Source: Mobula hypostoma (Eukaryota). Taken from it: a DNA stretch of 64,000 bases. Below, piece after piece: positions 1 through 10,500 of this stretch. The DNA is taken from assembly GCF_963921235.1 (NCBI RefSeq), contig NC_086118.1, positions 24,554,001-24,618,000 of the forward strand, in the 5' to 3' direction. Each line of letters opens with the position of its first letter. The first letter of the stretch is position 1. A program made the translations under genes and the position numbers. Below the pieces are notes generated by a model, which ran no database searches, was not told where the DNA came from, and saw only the letters and a list, made by a program, of their open reading frames with translations.

Positions 1-165
1 TTACCACTTGGTATTGGTTAAGGACAAAAAGAATCATATGGGAATTGATGGGGTGTGGGATAGAGAATGATTTGCAGCAGTACAGGGAAATAACGAGGGA
101 GAATAGAACTAACGAGATTGTACTGCTGAGAGCTGGCATGAAACCAATGGATCGAATCACTTTCA
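1..165 (+). mobile_element. Degenerate CR1-type LINE 3' end
   Basis: Resembles the CR1 3' UTRs elsewhere in the window (tatgggga...gagctggcatgaaaccaatggatcgaat). Confidence 0.4.
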
Positions 166-784
166 CTCGATCCACAACTAAAGGAATGTTTGCTAACAAG
201 TTTTCTCCTTTTGCCGCAAATGCAATCTTCAAATTTACAGGGAAAACCATTGAACAAAGCAATGTGTCTTATCATGAAATTGACTCAGTTGATATCTTAA
301 AAAAATTCAAAGGAGTCAGCTGAAAAAGTGTATAATTCAAAGTCCACTAATTTAAACATCGCACACATCTAAATTTTTGCTTTCAATTAATGGTGGAAGT
401 CAAATTACAATCTTCACAAGGCACAGTTTTATGGAGCCATGGTGACATTGATCTTTAAGTTTCACTGATGCGTGTCAATGAGACTTACCCACTGAAGGTA
501 TAATACCTCCGGCTATTTTAGATTATTATGTGCATTACAGACTTTCTGTTTGTCTTAGTGGGGAGTGGAACATTGTCTGGCAATCAGTCAGGGACACATT
601 AATAAAGGTGACGTTTCAAGCAAAATAATTGCCTTCATATATCATTGCCCAGTGGGAAGACTTCTGACTTACAGTGGCTCATTTGTGGTCTGCACTTGGT
701 TTACTAATAGACTATTTAATCCAAAATTTAGAATTATAGTTTGCAAGTTAATTCCTTGCAATCTAATAGGTGAGATTCATAATT

Positions 785-1090
785 CTAGTTCCATCCGTTA
801 GTCTTGCGAGACCATGGATCTGCACCTGGAAAGTCTTCACTCTCCAGGGCGCAGGCCTGGGCAAGGTTGTATGAAAGACCAGCAGTTGCCCATGCTGCAA
901 GTCTCCCCTCTCCACGACACCAATGTTGTCCAAGGGAAGGGCATTAGGACCCATACAGCTTGGCACCAGTGTCGTCGCAGAGCAATGTGTGATTAAGTGC
1001 CTTGCTCAAGGACACAACACATTGCCTCGGCTGGGACTCAAACTCACGATCTTCAGGTCATTAGTCCAATGCCTTAACCACTTAACCACT
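785..1090 (-). mobile_element. tRNA-derived SINE with CORE-like segment
   Basis: Minus strand begins GTGGTTAAGTGGTTAAGGC (A box), then GAGTTTGAGTCCC (B box), then tgtgtccttgagcaaggcactt; homologous to 1846-2026. Confidence 0.7.
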
Positions 1091-1130
1091 CTGGTTCCAA
1101 AGGTAGATAGAGATACCCTGCATGGAATCA

Positions 1131-1235
1131 AATCATCCTGTAGAAAATCTCGGCCTGAAACGTTGACTGTTAATTCATTTCCATAGATGCTGCCTGACCT
1201 GCTGAGTTCCTCCAGCATTTGGTGTGTGTTGCTCA
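1131..1235 (+). mobile_element. Degenerate PLE terminal-repeat fragment with decayed hammerhead motif
   Basis: tctcggcctgaaacgttgactg...atagatgctgcctgacctgctgagttcctccagcatt matches the PLE 3' repeat at 17721-17857. Confidence 0.7.
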
Positions 1236-1845
1236 TATAGATTAGTGTTGACTTGTATCTAGTTTAATGCTGGTGCTTTTGCCTAGTACTTAGTACGCGG
1301 GTGCGATTATACATGTCTCTAGAATTTAACTTTGAGCTTTGTTAAGAGATTGTGGATGGTCTGGAAATGGGTAAGTGGAAATAGGGATATGGTAGAGATG
1401 CAGGTAGACCTGTCAATCGAGTTGTAAGCCTTTGAATTCTTGGTAATTCAGCAGTTGTCTGTATTTTGGGATCTATTTCATAGCAATTTAATAATGCCAT
1501 AAATGAGAAATATCATTATTTGTTACGATTTTAGATGGCAGAGGTGATAATAAAATGGCAATAAAACTTATTAAGTGGACATCAGTCACACTGAGATGCA
1601 GTTTCTTTTTCACTATGATCAGAGTTTGATCTTAGCATAAAATTAAAATAACTGAGAACACAAGAGAAAGGAAGCAAAGGCCGCTCAGCCTCTCTAGCCT
1701 ACCTTTCCAATCAAGGTTGCTCCTCCCCTTGCTTTTTCCTCCTGGGGGTTGCTTTCATATCACCCTCCTTCAAATGTTTGGGTTGAGAATGCAGTCAGAT
1801 AGTTGTCAGATACAGCCGAAGCTTAAAGAGAAGCTACAAAGCTGT

Positions 1846-2026
1846 GCGTGGCCAAGTGGTTAAGGTGTTGGACTAGTGATCTGAAGGTCGTGAGTTCGAG
1901 CCTCAGCCGAGGCAGAGTGTTGTGTACTTAACCACACATTGCTCCTGCACTTTTATAACCCAGCAGTAGTGGTTGCTGCAGTATGGACAAGCTAAGACCA
2001 GAAGAAAGGCTGGATCAAGTAAAAGG
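1846..2026 (+). mobile_element. tRNA-derived SINE, same family as 785-1090
   Basis: gtggccaagtggttaagg (A box), gagttcgagcc (B box), cagccgaggcag.gtgttgtgt shared with the other copy. Confidence 0.7.
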
Positions 2027-2124
2027 CAAACACGAGGAAATCTGCAGATGCTAGAAATTCAAGCAACACACATCAAAGTTGCTGGTGAATGCAGCAGGCC
2101 AGGCAGCATCTCTAGGAAGAGGTA

Positions 2125-2162
2125 CAGTCGACGTTTCGGGCCGCGACCCTTCATCAGGACTA
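2125..2162 (-). ncRNA. Minimal type I hammerhead ribozyme, intact core
   Basis: Minus strand reads UAGUC CUGAUGA A GGGU CGCG GCCC GAAAC GUC^GACUG: conserved CUGANGA and GAAA boxes, stem I AGUC/GACU, stem II, GUC cleavage triplet, palindromic ACGU in place of stem III. Confidence 0.75.
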
Positions 2163-2364
2163 ACTGAAAGAAGACTGTACCTCTTCCTGGAGATGCTGCC
2201 TGGTCTGCTGTGTTCACCAGCAACTTTTATTTGTGTTGCTTGAAATTCCAGCATCTGCAGATTTCACAAACACGGGGAATTCTGCAGATGCTGGAAATTC
2301 AAGCAACACACATCAAAGTTGCTGGTGAACGCAGCAGGCCAGGCAGCATCTCTAGGAAGAGGTA

Positions 2365-2402
2365 CAGTCGATGTTTCGGGCTGAGACCCTTCGTCAGGAC
2401 TA
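2365..2402 (-). ncRNA. Minimal hammerhead ribozyme copy (GAAACAUC variant)
   Basis: AGUC CUGACGA AGGGUCUCAGCCC GAAAC AUC GACU. Confidence 0.6.
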
Positions 2403-2422
2403 ACTGAAAGAAGAGCTTCAGT

Positions 2423-2460
2423 TAGTCCTGACGAAGGGTCTTGGCCCAAAACGTCGACTG
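2423..2460 (+). ncRNA. Hammerhead copy with GAAA changed to AAAA, probably inactive
   Basis: tagtc ctgacga agggtcttggccc aaaac gtc gactg. Confidence 0.55.
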
Positions 2461-3169
2461 TACCTCTTCCTAGAGATGCTGCCTGGCCTGCTGCATTCAC
2501 CAGCAACTTTTATATCAAATAAAAGGGCAAGACCTGAAGAGTGCTTGGATTGCTACCAGGATGTCATCCAGTCACATTGTTTTTTACTTCTCTTGTTAAC
2601 TGCATAAGTAAACATATGGAGAGTGAAAACATGTGGTCCCCAGACAACAGCATTCAAAATGGAGGACACTAACGGGAGGAGATATTCCCAGATCAGACTC
2701 CCAGTATTCCCAATACATTGACTTGCATTCCATTCCATCTTCTGGCTGAGGTTAACACTAATGCACAGCAGCTGTGCCTGTGGAAACACTCAACAAAGAT
2801 GCAACATTTCTGCTGAGAGTAACCCATTAAATTCCCCAAATCGCTATTGACTCCTTCAGTTCATGAGGACTTGAAAACTGAGCTACATTGAACGAATGGA
2901 CTGGAATGAGAAGAAATAAGACAAATTAAAAACTTTGTAATACCTCCTACTTCATCATTCATTTTGCTTTGTTCTCCATTCTACTTTTCTCATACTGTAC
3001 CTTGAGTATTTAGAAGGAGCTCCCTGTCCTTTTCATCATAGAACATAGAACTCTACAGCACGTTACAGGCCTTGTGGCCCGCAAAGTTGTGCCGACCATG
3101 TAACCTATGCAAAAATTGCCTAGAATTACCCGACCTCATAGCCCAAAGGTTTGCTAAGTATCTGCTGAC

Positions 3170-4725
3170 TGGACACTACGTGGAGACTTACACTTGCTAA
3201 TGTGTATCAGTTACTGCTCAGCATTCAATACCATTATACCTCTCAACAAGCTTCAAACTCTGGACCTCTATGTCTCCCTCTGCAAATGGATCCTCAACTT
3301 CATTAACAGGAGACCATAGTTAGCGCAGATTGGTAATAATTTCACCTCCTCACTAACAATCAACACAGGCGCACCTCAAGAATGTGTGCTTAGCCCACTG
3401 CTACACTCTCCCGACTCTCATGGCTATGTGGCTAGCTGCAGCTCAAACAGCATCTATAAATTTGCCGATGACACCACTGTTGTTGGTAGAAACTCAGATG
3501 CTGACAAAGATGTGTACAGGAGATGTATATTGGTTGGTTGTGGGGCGTTACAACAGCACTTTGCATTCAGCATCAGCGAGACCAAGAAATTGTGAACTTC
3601 AGCAAGGGGAAGTGAGGAAAACACCCACCAATCCTCACTGAGGAGTCAGTGGTGGAGAGGGTGAACAGCTTCAAGTTCCTGCACGTCAACCTCTTGGATA
3701 ATCTGTCCTGGGTCCAACACATCGATGCGATCATCAAGAAGGCAAATCAGTAGCTCTACTTCATTGGGATTTTGAGGAAATTTGGAGACTCTTGCAAAAT
3801 TTGGAGGCAAGAGGAGAAGATGGCAGCGTGACGCAGCGCACGCAGCTGTCCGGTGAGATGATATCGTATCTGTTAAATAGGGTCTGTGGACAATTCTGAT
3901 TTGATGGAGACAGACGTGGAAGTACAGAGGAACATCTGGAGAAATTTCTGAAATGCTGGTTCGCTGCCGCTGCTACTGTGCCATCGAGAATCTCCAGAGG
4001 GAAGGCCCCAAGATCCCCGGCTTTGCCTGCTGCTGGCAACCGAGGCTGAGTCAAAGTGTTCGGCAGAGATGGTGCTCGGTGTTCGGTGTCGGACAGCTGA
4101 TCAGAGCTCGAAGTTTTCGGACGACTCAGAGTCGGACTGTGGTCAGGCATGGCAGGGAGAGTTTCTTCCTTCTCCCATCTGCGTGAGATGTGGGACTTTC
4201 AAGAGACTTTGAACTTTTTTACTGTGCCATGGCCCGTTCTTCATCAAGTTATGGTATTGTTGCACTGTTGTAACTATATGTTATAATTATGTGGTGTTTG
4301 TTCATTTTTCAGTCTTGGTCTGTCCTGTGTTTCTGTGATATCACACCGGAGGAATATTGCATCATTTCTTAATGCCTGCATTACTAAATGACAATAAAAG
4401 AGGACTGTGTGTCCTCATAATCTAAATTTCTGTGGAGTGGAGAGCATTCTGAAAGTTTGCATTACTTCCTGGTATGGAGACACCAAAGCAAACGGTTGCA
4501 GGCGCTTCAGTGGGTTATAAACTTAGCCAACTCCATCACGGTCACAACCCTCCGCACTATCAAGTATATATTCAAGAGACAGTACCTCAAGAAGGCATAA
4601 CTATGAACCCACACTATTTGTAACATGCCCTTTCCTTACTTCTGCTATCAGGGAGGAGATGCAAGACCCTAAGGGCCCACACTCTGTGATTTAGGAAAAG
4701 CTGCTCCCACTCTGCCGTCAGCTTC
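3170..4725 (+). mobile_element. Degenerate Rex1/Babar-type LINE 3' half, interrupted at 3803-4423
   Basis: RT motifs in broken frames: SSAFNTI, GAPQECVLSPLL, IYKFADDTTVVG, FKFL.VNL. Confidence 0.75.
3803..4423 (+). mobile_element. Non-coding retroposon (SINE-like) nested in the Rex-type LINE
   Basis: Flanked by aaattt duplication (3797-3802, 4424-4429); AAGATGGC near 5' end; 3' end has AATAAA and a gaggac-tgtgt-gtcctc hairpin; CpG-rich relative to flanks. Confidence 0.65.
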
Positions 4726-5015
4726 AGAACCAGGCTTAATATCATCTTCATATGTCATGAAATTTGTTGTTAAGTGGCAGCAGTACATTGCAATATACAA
4801 TAATAAAACTGTAACTTGGAGTAGGAGTATATATTTTTTAAGCTGAATTAATTAAGTAGTACAAAAGAAGGAAAAAGTAATGAGCCAGTGTTCATGGGTT
4901 CAATGTCTATTCAGAAACCTGATGGCAGAGGAAAAGAAGCTGTTCCTGAATCATTGGGTGTGTGCCTTTAGGCTCCTGTACTCACTCCTTGCTAGTAGCA
5001 ATGAGAAAAGGGCAA
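4726..5015 (-). mobile_element. Rex/Babar-type LINE 3' tail fragment
   Basis: Homologous to 37172-37460 (gatggcagaggaaaagaagctgttcctgaatc). Confidence 0.6.
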
Positions 5016-7193
5016 TGAGAATAAGTCTTCTGAATGGTCCATGAAAACTACCTCATTATTCCTTTTATGCACTATTTTCTTACAAACGTTGTATTTTGTT
5101 ATTATGCCTTTACAGCGTTCTACTGCCACAAACAAATTGCATAACATATAAGCAAGTGATAATAAACGTGACTGATTCTGATTTCTGCTACATGTGGATG
5201 GAGCAGCCAGTCAGCAGATTTGTAGTTAATTTCTGGTGTTTCTTTTTTAAATCCATTATTCCAATGTTTAGTTGGTGAAATATAGAAATGGGATGGATTC
5301 AAATGCATCTGCGAGTGTCTTTGAGCCCCTGAATGAAGTTCAGGAGTGTGAACAAAGGAGAGGGCATCGTGTGACATATCAGTGCACTGTATCTTAAACT
5401 AAAATATCAAAAGAAGGAGCTGGCAGGAAATCCAGCATCAGCAGAGACAAGCAGATCATACTACATAAAAAACAGCACCTGTGCCACTTTAAACTCACTC
5501 CAATCCAATTACTTAACATGAAAGGACATGGTTGTACCCACCCACTAAGAATCAGGCATTACCAGTTTTGTAGATACCACAATGTAATACTTACAATCCT
5601 TTTTCTCAGTTTTATACTCAAGTGAGCCCAATGGAAAGCTGTGAGTATCTGATCTATGTAATCAGTGGATGATACAGTTGAGGTGGTCTATCTCTTCACT
5701 GAAAATGTTTCTGTTTGGTTGTGATGCTTGTGGTTAACTTGAACCAAAACGTAATTCTGTCATTTGCATGTCATCCATCTCTGCTCAGTCAGCATCCAGG
5801 CACAAGTTCATTTTCATTTAACCTGTCAAATGTGCATGTTATAACTGGTGTGTGCTAGGAATAAATCTGAGTCATATGGGTGTTTGTAGGTCTTCCTAAT
5901 GATTGTTCAAAATTAAATTTGACAAAATAAAGGCAGTGCATGTTTTCCGAGTGCACAACTTAATGGAGGAAGATTTTAAAATATGTGCTTAGATCAGATG
6001 CCATGATACCATTTCACAGAGACCACAGGAATAGGTTACCAGTCTTTTCAAGTTATTACAACATTGAATATTTTCTTGTGAGACAAGGATCTCCTGAATT
6101 ATGGAAGATAGAAGAAGCATGTCACTGTGGTCTCCTGGGGCTAATTTACAGTATACAATCATAATAGAAATGAAAAACTAGTTGAGATTTACAGACAGAA
6201 GCAATCCACCTTTCTAACAGGGAAAGATGAGAACCCCTTCACCATTCCATTACCCCGAGTCCCTCACCACATCATCATTACACACTCTACCCCTACCTTC
6301 TCATCCCATAGAGGTTTCCCAATTACCCTCAGGCCACAAAAAAATTTTTAATGTTTATTTCCCCTGAAGTAGGCTCAATCATCATTCCTTTATTTCAGGT
6401 GCTTCCTATGAGACTGTGTGATGCATTATTGGTGAAGTAAGCCAAGAGTTCCAGTAATGCTTGCTGGAGAAGACCCTGATGAACTTTTTAGTCCTTCTTA
6501 ATACATTTGGAATCAGAGTTTGCACACACCAAAAATAAAACCAAAGGCCATCAGCAAAAGCTCTGTAGCATTTCTGAGAAAATCACCATCACATGTTCCA
6601 GTAAATGTGTTGATTCTTTGAGACAAGTATTTTATAAAAGATGCATGTGGTATACGGATACTCAAATGAAGTAGCAGGGCGTTGCTTTTAAGCTGATGAG
6701 ATCTGAAGCAATATAACATGGTTATCTCTTGCATAATTTTGGTACCATGGCCTCACTATTGGCTGCTCTTTGCTCAAGTGAGTTATGTTATGGATTGTTC
6801 ATATATTTTGGCAATACAAGAACAATACAAGGGATCCTAATATGCAATGAAGCAATGATATTCAAATAGTAAAGTGTGTAATCAATTATTGGGCTTTTAA
6901 TATTAAGTTTAGGATCCCTAACAATATTTGACTCAATATGTCTATTATGTCCAATGTGCCAGGAAATAACTGGAGATCTGAAAGGGTTTAAAACAAACCA
7001 GACTGTTTTACAGCAATCACCTTTTCACCACACAAATAGAAAAATATTTAAATACAAAAGCAAATCCTGATGAAAATTCTTAGCTGGCCAGACAGGATTT
7101 TTAGGCAGTGAAGCAAATTTAACATTTAAATTTGATGACTCCTCACTACAAAAGGTCCACAGATGTTTCTGTGCCCAATGAGTCTTTTTAAAC

Positions 7194-7498
7194 TGTGACG
7201 AGAGACTTGGACAAGAACGGTTAGGACCCAAGTGCTGGAATATCCAAGATTGGAACTGAGATACAATATCAGACTGAAACGAAGACATGGTTCTAAACTA
7301 GACACTGGAGAGGAATCCAAAGTTGAGCTGATGATCAGTTCAGGTGCTCCTCAAATATTAAAATCTTGGGCCAAAACATGGCTGCCAATGAATGGGGCGG
7401 GCCTAAATCTTTAAAGGAGCCACATCAGTTAGCAATATTCTGGAGAGTTAGAGTGTTTAAACCATGGAGGCTGGCACGGTCAAGTGCGGGTCATGACA
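7194..7498 (-). repeat. 3' LTR of the Gypsy element
   Basis: tgtgacg...catgaca; homologous to 12356-12649; polypurine tract GAGGAGGGGTAC on the minus strand at 7499-7510. Confidence 0.85.
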
Positions 7499-7544
7499 GT
7501 ACCCCTCCTCGTAAGCCAACTCATGACATTGCTGGCTGCTCGGA

Positions 7545-10500
7545 GAGATGACGATGTTTGTCGTGGATGAGTGGCCAGATCCTAGGTGCCCCTTTCTGGT
7601 ACCCAGAACTGTTCTTTGGACCTGAAACCTTCCCAGTCCATGAGGAACTGCCGAATATCCTGAACAGTTCATGAATATAGAATTCTTTCTACTGTGAAAA
7701 CCTGTTCCCCGTTGAGAAACCTGGGTGGTGGTGGGACTGATTGTGGTAGGGCTAAAGGACTGGTGTTTATAGGTTTTAATTTGGAAATGTGGAAGGTGAG
7801 ATTGATATTGAGGGTCTTGGGGAGTTGCAAGGTGTAACTTCCCAGGTCTACTTTGTTGAGAACATTGAAGGGTCCACTGAACTTGGGCACCAACTTCCTA
7901 ATCTCCACCCAAGTAGAAACTAAAAACAACTCCCTTGTCCTAGTCTATTTTTCCTTGCAGCATCAAACGAGATCTTCAGCCACAGAAACCCCAACCTTGG
8001 CCTCCTATTCAGGGAGGAATGTCGTCAAATACACAAATTGGCATTTGTACGGGGACATCCCATGTGCAGAGTGCTTTAAAGCCTATTGGGCAACCTCTGC
8101 CCACACCAAATGGTCGCACCACTCATCTGTTTTTTCTGAGGTCGGGCAACTTAGGGTTCATTTCATATCCTGGTTCCCCGCTCCATCTGGCCATTAGACT
8201 GCGGGTGAAACCCAGAGAAAAGACTCATGGTTTCCCCAATCAGTGTACAGAATGTCCTCAAAAACCATGATGCGAGTAGAGGACTGCGGTTGACACTGTG
8301 TCCACCAAAAATCCATGGAGCCTGAAGACCTGGTGCAGGACAATTTCAGCCATCACCGCCACAGACAAGAGTTTGTCCAAAGCAATTAATTTGCAAACAT
8401 TCGAAAAATTATCTACAATTACCATGACAATAGGTCTTTCCCTTGGAAGGCAGAAGACCCAGGAGAAAGTTCATGGAGAGGTGTGCCCATGGTCTGTCCA
8501 GAACAGGAAGAGGGTGAAGGAGCCCTGGAGGTTGGGAGCAGGTCTCCTTGATCTGGGCACACCCCTCACATGCCTGTATGTCGAACCTCTCTCACCATTC
8601 CAGACCACTAGTATCATATCTTAATGACCTCAAGGGTCCTGGCAATCCCTGGGTGAGCAGTCATTGTTGATGCATGTCCCCATTGAAGTACCTGATATCT
8701 GATGGAACTTTGGATGAACAAACAACCCGGAGGACCTTTCTTGGGAATCTCCCCTTTGCCCTGGACCTTGTAAACAAGTGCATCAATTCCCCACCAAGTT
8801 GGCTCTATCACCTTAGATTGGGGGAAAATGGTGGTAGGCTGCTCCTCTCTTTCAGGTTTGTTGAACTGATGAGACAAGACATTGGGTTTCTGATTCTGAG
8901 ACCCCAGTCGAAAGTTCAGGATGAAATTGAAATGATTAAAGAAAAGAGACAACCTGACCTGCCTGGAATTCAATCTTCTGGCCTCCTGAATATAAGCCAG
9001 GTTCTTGTGGTTTGTCCATACAGTAAAAGGGTTCTTGTCCCCTCAAGCCAGCGACGCCATTCCTCCAAAGCCAATTTGACCGCGAGCAGCTCTCTATTTC
9101 CAATGTTGTAGTTCACCTCTGACAGGGATAGCCACCTGGACAAGAACGCATACGGGTGCAGTTTATTGTCCAAAGAGGTCCATTGAGGCAACACCGCACC
9201 CACTCGGACGTCCGAGGCATCCACCTCCACAATGAAGTGGAAGTCCAGGTTAGGTGAAACCAAAACGAGAACCATCATGAACTGCTGTTTGAGCTCTGCA
9301 AAAGCAGCCTCTGCTTCAGTTGTCCAAACAAAAGGGCTGATGGATCTCTTAGTGCTCTCAGCAGAGCTGCCAATATGCTGAAGTTCCTGGTGACCTTCCT
9401 GTAAAATTTGACAGACCCCAAGAATCACTGGACTTGTTTCACATTGGCTGGTTGTTGCCAATGTCTGACTGCCTGTGTCTTAGAAGGATCCATCTTGAAC
9501 TTGCCATTAGAAATGATAAAACCCAAAAGTGAAATGGTGGTTGTGTGAAATTAAAATGTCTCCAGTTTGCCATAAAGTCCACGATCTAGAAGCCTCTTTA
9601 AGGTACCTCTAAAGTGAGTGATGTGCTCTCCATGGACTTTGAGATTAGGATATCATCCAAGTAGACAAGGTGTACTTATGGAGAGCATCCCGGAGCATAT
9701 TATTTATAAAGACCTGGAAAACTCCTGGGGCATTTGTAAGGCCGAAGAGCATGACCAGGGACTCATAGTGCCCTGTTGATAAGTTGAATGCAGTCTTCCA
9801 CTTGTTGCCCTTCATTATACGGACCAGATTGTATATACTCCGCAAGTCTAGCTTTGAAATACTCTTGCCCCTTGGAGAATTGGGAAGGCAGTGTTCATGA
9901 GTGGAAGGAGTAATCATTTTTGGCCAGTATGTGATTCAACCCTCTGTAAGTAATGCTTGGCTACAGGCTCCAATCATCTTTCTGCACAAAGATGTCTGCG
10001 CCGACTGGTGAGGTGGAGGGCCGAATGAATCCCATGGCAAGAGCCTCCTTTTTGACCTCCTCCATTGGACTTCTCTCCGAGCACGAGAGCGAATATAATT
10101 GACCCTGCAGAGGAGAAGTACCAGGCAGTAGATCCATTGCACAATCAAAGGGTTGGTGCAGTGGAAGAATGGAGGTCTTTCCCTGGCTGAAGACCTCTTC
10201 CAAATCCTTGTAGGTGGAAGGGATTATGACCAGTTTAGGTGTTGCTGCTACTCCTCTGAACCTCCCACTCCTGCATGGGACTCCTGAGGCTCCTTAGGTA
10301 GTGGGAGTGTTTCGGCAGACCTCAGAGTCTCCTCTACAGGTTCACTAGAGCCTCTAGTTGAAACAGAGACCAAATCACAATCCACTTCCCCATCCAGATC
10401 CTCCAACAGCGGCATTGAGGCACTACAAATGGTCTTTATGCTCCTGGGACTGGGCTCCGATGGTCTACGTTTAGGAGCCTTTTTCGAGATGGGATATGGT

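Larger units (their letters stand above)
2027..2510. mobile_element. Four alternating-orientation PLE terminal-repeat copies forming a double palindrome, non-autonomous
   Basis: Arms 2027-2174(-), 2173-2265(+), 2266-2417(-), 2417-2510(+) all match the 3' end of the PLE at 45950-46100; imperfect flanking duplication atcaagtaaaaggcaa / atcaaataaaagggcaa. Confidence 0.85.

Noticed and set aside
1846..1910. tRNA gene
   Set aside because: A and B boxes are present, but the sequence runs into a SINE body shared with 785-1090 and no full cloverleaf or terminator is seen.
2027..2510. Repeat cluster as a CRISPR array
   Set aside because: Repeats are long and inverted with no unique spacers, they match PLE ends, and the context is eukaryotic with no cas genes.
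6385..6445. Possible host exon (ttcctttatttcag|GTGCTTCC...GAA|gtaagc)
   Set aside because: Splice-like signals flank only a short unrecognised peptide (VLPMRLCDALLV), and no partner exons were found.
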